From Paraspadella gotoi (taxonomy: Eukaryota > Animalia > Chaetognatha): DNA of 27,315 bases. Shown one piece after another: positions 19,226 to 27,315 of this stretch. Under the pieces are notes generated by a model that saw nothing but the letters and a program-made list of their open reading frames with translations, was not told the DNA's origin and ran no database searches. Within the stretch, counting starts at the first letter, position 1. Every line of letters begins with the position of its first letter. The position numbers were made by a program, and so were the translations under genes. The stretch spans positions 1 through 27,315 of the forward strand of contig JBJCIZ010001004.1 in the NCBI GenBank assembly GCA_051294375.1, written 5' to 3'.

Positions 19226-21997
19226 AAGCCTTCTGTATTGCTTACTGTTACTACTTTATTATCATTATTATTTTCTCTCTCTCCCCCTTCTTTTAAAAGT
19301 ATTTTGCAGACTAAAGTATGTATGTTTTCTTTGTTTTCTGGACTGAATCAACCTTGTTGCAATCGAATAAGAACAAGTGAGGATTGAGGGACGTAAAAAT
19401 AACTCACCTTGACCGTCTGCTTCAACTCCTTGACGGAGGCGTCGAATGTCTGTGACTGTGTGGACTTGAAGTCGGCGAGTTTGACGCTGACGGTGATCTT
19501 CGCGGAGATAAGGAGAAGATTACAAGGAACGATAAATTCAAACACTTAAGTAAAACTCAGTCCTCACCTCTTCCACTCTCTCTTCCTCTTTTGACTTTCC
19601 TTGTGCCATCTTCCTCGCCATCTTCCGTGTTCGTCGTCGTCGTCTTCCCGTCCTCCACGAAATCTTCGTTGTCTGAGGCGTCGGCCAAAATAAGTCCTTT
19701 TTCTTCGGCATCACTGAACAAAAAGATTTCCTTTGACCAATGACCACCAGCTCAATTCGTTGGAGCAAGCAACGTTGGATTCCTCACCCGAGACGCCACC
19801 CATCGCCGCCCTCTTCCGCGTTTTGCCCGGCGTTATGAATGATTCGTCGATCGGCGGCATCGTCGATTCCACTGGCGTCACAACATGGATTCCGTCCTCG
19901 AAGGTGGGTGACTCGCCATCGTCTATCGCGCCTTCTTTGCCTCCTTGGAGGAGGCGGCGTCGGCGGCAAAGGAATGAGAGGCGGCGTAGTCAAGGGCGGG
20001 GGAATTCACGTTGGTCTTGAAGGATTGAAGTCTTATTCGAGGACCTTGGGAAAAAAATTAACAGGAGATTAGCGAGGCATAACACAAAGATCAATTTGAC
20101 AATGTTAAGCAACCTGTACTTGCCCCCTTCACATTATTACCCACTTCCCTACCATCTTCTCAGACACGCTTTTTCCCACTTTTTCTCATATTCTTATCTC
20201 CCACATCCTCTCTTAGTTTCTTTATCTGTTTCGCTCAGTCCCTCTATCTCACTTTCTGTCCCTCTCTCTTTCTGTTCCTCTTTCTCTCTATCTGTCAACC
20301 TCTCTCACATCTTACGTTTGGGCTTTGAATCCCTCATCGGCGAAGAGACTGGAAATTCGCGTCGACGGGATTTTCGATGATTTTGACGGGATTAGATGTC
20401 GCCGACTCCACGTCGGAGATCGAGATCACTTCCAGCGAAATTTCCGGCGTTGTGTCCGGCTGGACAGACGAACGGCCAAAAAAAAAAAATGTTATTGTTA
20501 TTGCAAACAAGGAATTTTGCCAATTCTTTAAAAGTTAATGCAGTATAAACAACCATCCCGACCCTAACCTTGACGGCGGGTTTAATCTCCCTCCCGAAAA
20601 AGATGATTCTGAGCATCTTGAACTCTGAGAGAGGATCATTAAATCATGATAGCTGAGGAGAGAAAAGAGTAATGAATAAATAAAATAATTATCAATGGCG
20701 AATGAATGAATAATCAATGAATCTTTATTTAAATAAGAATCAATGAATGAATTATATCCACATAAGGATTTTCACAAAGATCCAATCGTGTTTCCACATG
20801 ATGAACCACAAGAGTTTGTTCCTGACAAAGGTGGTAAAGATTAATGGATTTTCGCATTGCCATGCGGCAAACTCACTTGCTGCCAGAATGCTGCCTCTGC
20901 GATAAATCTTCGTTGTCGATTCCTCTGTCGGCGACAACGGACGTCAACGAATTCGTCTTGGAGGATGACAAGGAAAATGGAACGTTCATGTTGATCAAAG
21001 CGCTAAAGGAAGAGAAAACGTGAGGGTTTATTAGAATTTAGAGGAGCCATTAACTTCCCCATTTTTCAGATCCTTACCCAAAGGCTCAAATGGTTTGTCC
21101 CAAAATGTCGAGGCCGAGATCGAGTTGACCCAAAAAGAGATCCACAATCCACAAAACGAGCCGACTCGAAGATTTCCTTTTGTTCTAAGAATTAAAGTAA
21201 AAAGGAAGTATTATCTACGAAAAAAAATGACTGGGTTACTACATCTAAATAAATGCAACAAGATGAAATACATTGCAAATTTCACAACAAATACGTAAAA
21301 TTTCTAAATTTGATAATAGTTAAGGTTAAACAGGTAAAATTTTATTTTGGCCAACTCGGGTTTTGGCGTCTTTTGAAAAACTTACTTAAAAATACTTATT
21401 TTATTAAATTAAGACACCCATTATAAACTAAAAATATATAAAGGTAGATAGGCAAGTTACCTGGTCGTTTATAATGTTATTTTAAATATTTTTACATTTA
21501 CTGATAGGAAATGATGTCAATATTGTTGATGTAACATTTCAAATCAATCGACCCATGCGTTAAAAATAATCTACAAAAAAAGGTCATTATCAACGCCCAA
21601 TTTTTAAAACAAATCTGCATTCGTTAAATTTTATTTTTGGTTACTTAATTGGTAATAAAAAAATTCATTTTCTTTTATATCTTTTGAATCAAAAATGATA
21701 GAACGATGAGACTGGTATCATCATATTAAAGCCATAATTATGGGGCATCTTTTTCATATAATTTTTTTCAAATGTTTCAAAGGATTTTTTTAAAATCTGG
21801 ATCGGAATCAAGTATAACAACTTTGGAAAATAAATTAAATACACTTGGCCGTATTTAAAATAAAAAATAAATATAGATTCTGAAAGAGAAAAGATTGAAT
21901 TATGTTTCTGATATAAACAAAAAAATTTTATACTTCAAATGTTTATATAATTACTAAAGATAATGAATTATCATTTTGTTGAAAACAAAAATTACAA

Positions 21998-22668
21998 AAA
22001 TTCATGTAGGAACCTTAAAAAACATATGATTTAAATATGAAAATTTAAGAGTTCAAACTTTGTTCCGGCTGATTTAAAAACTACTGACATAGGGCTAAAA
22101 GACTATTATCAGATTTTTAAATTTTTATCATCTTCAGGTGCAAATTATTTAAATTAATTAAATTTTTTATTAAAAAAAAGCATAACAATCTTTTAAAAAT
22201 ACCCTAATGCATGAAGCTGTATGGTAAAATTGTTGTTTTTATTTTTTAAAGGGGTAAATTCCAAAGAAAAAGAGTTATTTCAAGGCTCCGTATTATATGA
22301 TATCAATGAATTTTCGTTGTTCGGGCAACAAATGTTAGGACCCGCCGGTCCGTCCTCCTCCTAAAACGCCCGCGAGAATAAAGTTCGAACTCAGATATCA
22401 CGATTCGCGAGTCTTTGTATCTAACACAAAATGTACGTAAGACATTGTAGTTTCATTAGCTAATCTTTATTTTTATAATTTTAAAGGGCATGTTTGGCAA
22501 AAACAGTAAGAAACAAAAATAACAAATTTTAAGAAAAAAATTTTTATTAATTGCTATTATTTCTTACTATAACGTCAATTTATTTTTTTCGTTATGTGCT
22601 TGAAAGTAAGGCTAAACCCAACAGAATCGGTCGTCAGGACTTTACATGCTGTATATTTATTTGACTTA
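21998..22668 (-). repeat. Dispersed ~540-bp repeat, copy 2 (interrupted at ~22335-22505)
   Basis: Reverse-complement homolog of 8172-8712, with ~170 bp of unrelated sequence inserted. Confidence 0.8.
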
Positions 22669-23292
22669 AACAGTAACTACCGCAAAATAAAAAAAAATTA
22701 AAAATAATTTAGACTAAGCACCGTGTTTATTTTCAGTATTTTTTAGTCAAGACCTATATGGATTTTCTTTGTTCCGGCGGCGTTGGATAGCCCAAACACT
22801 GCAGTTTCAGATATTATCCATGGTTTTGTAATATTTACTGCGCTACTGGTGCAAAAATTGCTAGGAATCAAAATTATCAGAAACCGCTTCGATCTTTCGG
22901 ATTTTTTTCTAAGCGCGGAGCGACATATCTAATAAAGGCTTGAACAAGAGCCGAAACATGTCCGTTATTATTATATTGTTTCAAATAAATCGTTGTTGAA
23001 TTCATTTCAAACTTTTCTCTAAATCTAAACCACAACGAATCGAAAGGATTATAATGACTAAAAATACTGAATCTCGACAAAAGGACTAAATAGTAACGAA
23101 CGACGTAAGCACGAAAGATGAAATGATCCAAACGACGATGAAACGATGTCAAAACATGGATTATGCGTTTGAAGTTTAAAGTTGAATTTTCGAAGAAAAA
23201 AAATGGCGTCATATACTGCTCGCGTAAATATTACATAAAAAGTAAAATTTTTCCCCTAAAACGTTTTCGGAGGAGGACGGACCGGCGGGTCC
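22338..23292. mobile_element. PIF/Harbinger-type non-autonomous element (955 bp)
   Basis: 31-bp TIRs GGACCCGCCGGTCCGTCCTCCTCC(T/G)AAAACG with a single mismatch, flanked on both sides by TTA (22335-22337 and 23293-23295). Confidence 0.8.
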
Positions 23293-23520
23293 TTACAATC
23301 CCACGAAAAGAATATTTAACTATTGAATAAAAAATAATTAAAAAAAGCCTCAGGAAAATAGTGAATTTGAACGAAAAAAATTAAGATTATGAATGCAGAA
23401 ATGATCACGAATAAACGATTGATCCTTGTGATGATGAAATAAAGTCAAAACACGGATTATACGTTTAAAGTTTACAGTTTGAAGTTGAATTTTCGAAGAA
23501 AAAAAAATGGCGTCACATTC
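23110..23520 (+). repeat. ~100-bp direct repeat ending in AAAATGGCGTCA
   Basis: GTCAAAACA(T/C)GGATTAT(G/A)CGTTT...AAGTTGAATTTTCGAAGAAAAAAA(A)TGGCGTCA at ~23148-23211 and ~23444-23515. Confidence 0.8.
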
Positions 23521-24039
23521 TGCACGCGTGGGATGCTATTTTGTTCTCATTTGTTGCGCACCCTGGTGAGAAAAACCATCCAGCTCCTCCTGCTGCTCCT
23601 GCCGCAGTTTTTTTCCACATGCTCACATGTCCGCTGTCCAGAGGAAAATGCCACGCAAAAACCTGATACACTTCGACCCTCACTTCTACCTTCTTCCTTC
23701 TTCCTCGCGAATGTCAAGGATTTTAATGAGGTGGTCGGTTGTCGCTTTTTTTGTTTGTTTTTTTAATTTTGTTGATGCTTTCTTTTTTACAAAATTTATT
23801 AACGTATATGATGGAGCTTTTCATTTGACTGTTTTTACGCTACACTTGCTATAAATATGTATTTCTAAATATGTTGAAAAGTAGAAATTATCCATTTAAT
23901 GTTTCTTTTTATTTCAGATAAATTTTCTCAGTGCCTAATTCTAATTTTTGAGTAAAAGGTCGGTGAACAGAAAATAAAAATCAAACTGAATATAGTGTCT
24001 AATGACTCGTTGTCCTAAGAGCGTAAAGCAAGAGCCGTC

Positions 24040-27029
24040 ATGCCGCCCAAGCGTCAGTTCGGCAAAAGCCGCGTCCGCCGTCCCTTCTGCCGGTGGAAGC
24101 GGACTGGCTCGGAAGGTGCTACTCCTCGAAACTGCTGCGTTCCCGCGCCAACCCCAAATCGGTCCTCGGAGCGCGTAGGTTGACGCGACCGGAAAAACCT
24201 TCGAGTTCATCGACGCCGTCGAACGATTGCTCAAAAGTAAACAAACCGATTGCTCCAACGACCGTTTCGGCGGCGGCTACTTTGGCAGGGCCGTCCCTTC
24301 CTCCTTCGGCGCTACCTTTACATGATTTCGCCACTCCGCCTCCAGAAGCCGCGCCCGACGTGTCCACTCTACCGTTTTAGCGGACCCTGCCAGACCACCA
24401 CCTCCGGTGTCTCTTGAAGAGCCGCAAAAACCTCCTGCTCTCTTTCAGGCACCCCTCACGTTGCTACAGAATCTTCGCGCGACAGTCCCTGCCGTATTTA
24501 CCATCTCCTAAGCCAATTGAATTTAGTTACTCAGTTGAAGTGTCGGTAAAACAAGAGGGAGATTGGAATTTTGAAGTGGTCAGCTCATCCGATTTTGGTG
24601 GTGGTGTTGACTCAAGAATGACGTGCGCCACCTTCCGCTTGAAAACGTATCTCACAATTCCTTTTCTTCCTTTTCCTCCATCTCGCTTTTCACCGTTGCT
24701 TGGGCCGTGGGTGGACAGGTGGCACGTGAAGACTCTGTCTGAGCAGCAAGGATTGCCTTTTCCTCCTCAAATGGATCATCCAATGTCGCGACCTGCTGGA
24801 GTGAGACTCGATCCATTACCAAATGATTTTGAGAATGAAACGCCTCGGCTCCAAAAGAGAACAAATCAATGCAAGAAGATGTCGTTTGCCAACAAGTCGT
24901 GTGATTGCATCGGTAATGAAAAAATCTATTGTGCCTCTGGTCACCGATGACGGCATTCAGGGTGACGCAAACAATCCTCAGCTATCAATGGAATCTGGAT
25001 CGCCACACCGTGAACCCTCGCCACCTCCACGTAGTTCTGGAGGCTCGGGTGGAGTACCAGACTAGTGCCATATTCAATACAACATAATCACCAGATGGAC
25101 GACTTGTCTCTTCACCATCACCTCCTCTATTTCATCAGGAGATGGGCAGGATTTTCCTGAACCAAGTGTCACTTCCAGAGGCATAGATATGCCACCAGAT
25201 CTGACAAATATGTCTACAATGGGACACGTGGACCCGAGGTTGTTGAAGATGCACAACCAGGTTGTTTAGTCAACTCCACCAGCCATCTGCCATTCACTCT
25301 CAACCAAAAACATATCTGTTCGGCGTTCAACAATGCCTCCACAAGAAATTGTGTCTTGGCAGGTAGATTCAGCTGTGTACAGACCAACCAGAAAATGTGG
25401 ACGGGATTACTGTAGGTCTTGCCAGGGACAAGTCCCAGAAGGGCTTCTTGCCTCTGTCTCTCTTTACGATGAAACACCAGCAAGAGATTCTAGTCCTCCA
25501 GGACTTCTAATGGCGCTACTCAGCAATCAAGTCCAATGCGTGGCCCCCTGGCTTTTCCTTTTCAAGAATCGGGACATCTTTCTCCAGTGGGTCGAAGCAT
25601 GCTCCCTGAAAGAGAACCTACTCCAGGATCAAATAATTTAGCTCAACACTCTGCTGCCATAGCCATGCTGCCACCCACCCCACCTTCACTTTACTCATCC
25701 GTGCCAAGCATCATTCATCCCATCCAAACCTACTTCAAGAGGTCAACCCCTTCTGGTGGACTGTCAGAAAACATTGGACCTGGGGATGGAGATGTGCCGC
25801 TGCAGCATCTGACAATTCTGTTGTTCCTTCATGGTTAACCAACCTTCACATTCAGTTAATCACAGTTGCCTGAATATTGGATCTGCACCAGGTGCTACAC
25901 TGATGGCACCCGGGGTCTCGAGTCCCCTTCATCATCCTGTGCCTACTCGGGTGCTCCTGAAGGAAGTAATGGCTCCACTTCCTTGGCGACTCTTGTGTCT
26001 GTATCACAGGCAGCTCCAATGCTGGTAATTTAGTTGGAAATGGTGGAAGTGCGACAATGATTCACCTTTAGTTCATGACTCAAACATTGATCATGTAGGT
26101 ACTGTGGGAGTAGATCTCGATTCTGATTTAAATTTGCAACCAAGCTCTCGCAGTCAACAGCATCATCAGCAATCATTCCCCCAGCAACGTCAAAGTCAAG
26201 TTATTCATAATTTTCAGGTCACATTTATTCCAACAGTGGACTCGCTATTTCCTCAGGTGCAGAGCATCATATTGAACATGAGGCAGAGTCATCATCATCC
26301 CGCCCACCATCTAGAGATCGAGACAGTCCAGGTGTTGGAAGAGATGCCCCCAATCCTCCCCGTACCAATTCCTCAGACAGCAACAGTATCAGCAACATAC
26401 ACAACCGCTACCAACTTCTAGAAATGCTCAGGTTTCAGATGAGGTTGAGGCCATAGCGCGTGATGGGAGTGCCCACAGAGCTCCAGTGTAAGGCCAATCC
26501 TGGTGATCGCAAGATGGATCAAGCTGGAGAAGGAATGAGAGACGTGATGATCCAAATATCCGTGACACGCCAGAGATATGGCTAATAGACCACCTAGTCG
26601 TAGGCCTCAGCATTCAAAAGGGAAAAACTGATGTGCGGGAAAACCGTGAAAAAGAAAAATCTCGTCATCAAGGGATTCCCGTCGTCGTCATGCAGATTCA
26701 TATATAACTCTGCGAGAGCATTCATTCCAAAGCCCATATTCATCAGATGATAATGATAATCATCCTTATGATGGACGCCGACGCCCTAGTCGAAAGGCCC
26801 ACAGTCATAATTATGCAAATCGAAGTACTAGCCGTCATCGTGATCGTCATGACCGGAGTTGCAGCCGTGATCGACACTGGGAGCACCTGATGTAAATGAC
26901 CCATTAACAACTCTGGCAGTGAATACAATGAACGTGGACATCGGAGTCGTGGGAATGGAAAGAGCAGAGGGGATGATTACAGTGATTATAATTCTAAGAA
27001 GAGTGACAAAAGTTTGAACAAATCAGGTC
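24040..27029 (+). pseudogene. Long intronless, heavily frameshifted coding-like region (Pro/Ser-rich N-terminal part, Arg/Ser/His-rich C-terminal part), truncated by an assembly gap
   Basis: About 3 kb of elevated GC without AT-rich introns. It starts gccgtcATG-PPKR, and consecutive + strand ORF fragments in shifting frames tile the region (e.g. PSSSSTPS...PPPEAAPD; REPSPPPRSSGGSGG; RRRPSRKAHSHNYANRSTSRHRDRHDRSCSRDRH). No recognisable catalytic domain was found. Confidence 0.55.
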
Positions 27030-27054
27030 NNNNNNNNNNNNNNNNNNNNNNNNN
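27030..27054. other. Assembly gap (25 N)
   Basis: Run of 25 n characters. Confidence 1.
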
Positions 27055-27315
27055 ATCAGATTTTTAAATTTTTATCATCTTCAGGTGCAAATTATTTAAA
27101 TTAATTAAATTTTTTATTAAAAAAAAGCATAACAATCTTTTAAAAATACCCTAATGCATGAAGCTGTATGGTAAAATTGTTGTTTTTATTTTTTAAAGGG
27201 GTAAATTCCAAAGAAAAAGAGTTATTTCAAGGCTCCGTATTATATGATATCAATGAATTTTCGTTGTTCGGGCAACAAATGTTAGGACCCGCCGGTCCGT
27301 CCTCCTCCTAAAACG
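27055..27315 (+). repeat. Apparently identical copy of 22108-22368, including the left Harbinger-type TIR
   Basis: 261 bp from ATCAGATTTTTAAA to CCTCCTCCTAAAACG, with no differences seen by eye; offset 4947 bp. Confidence 0.95.

Larger units (their letters stand above)
17545..21184 (-). pseudogene. Multi-exon protein-coding gene or pseudogene of unknown function
   Basis: GC-rich blocks bounded by canonical AG/GT on the minus strand: 21078-21184, 20877-21002, ~20569-20624, ~20320-20459, ~19790-20045, 19568-19713, 19408-19497 (ITVSVKLADFKSTQSQTFDASVKELKQTVK), 18444-18698, 18173-18234 (MIDDEDNNLIKSWAEQGFRA), 17733-17792 and 17545-17650. Several junctions are phase-compatible, but frameshifts or stops are needed to join all of them. 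Confidence 0.55.

Noticed and set aside
24040-27029. Specific assignment as retrotransposon gag/pol
   Set aside because: No CCHC knuckle, protease, RT or integrase motif and no adjacent LTR/PBS could be recognised.

Overview
AT-rich eukaryotic genomic DNA. TTTTCAG/TTTTAG acceptors and short introns suggest a nematode, but this is inference only. The window is dominated by transposon relics and degraded genes. From left to right: (1) a telomere-like foldback region holding two inverted Penelope-type minimal hammerhead ribozyme motifs (~1.2-1.4 kb); (2) a TA-flanked long-TIR element carrying an LTR fragment with an unusually extended tRNA-Lys primer-binding site; (3) a ~1.6 kb TTAGGG-containing 15/21/27-nt satellite; (4) a Helentron-like element, a foldback element, an LTR-like relic, a hairpin-dense GC island and a tRNA-derived SINE; (5) a clean hAT MITE with an 8-bp TSD; (6) a multi-exon minus-strand (pseudo)gene and a USP16/45-like zinc-finger fragment; (7) a PIF/Harbinger-type MITE with a TTA TSD; (8) a ~3 kb frameshift-riddled intronless ORF running into a 25-N gap, after which 261 bp of upstream sequence is repeated. 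No intact, confidently named protein gene, rRNA, functional tRNA or CRISPR array was found. The most interesting hypothesis is a link between the hammerhead/Penelope-like termini and the telomere-like repeats.
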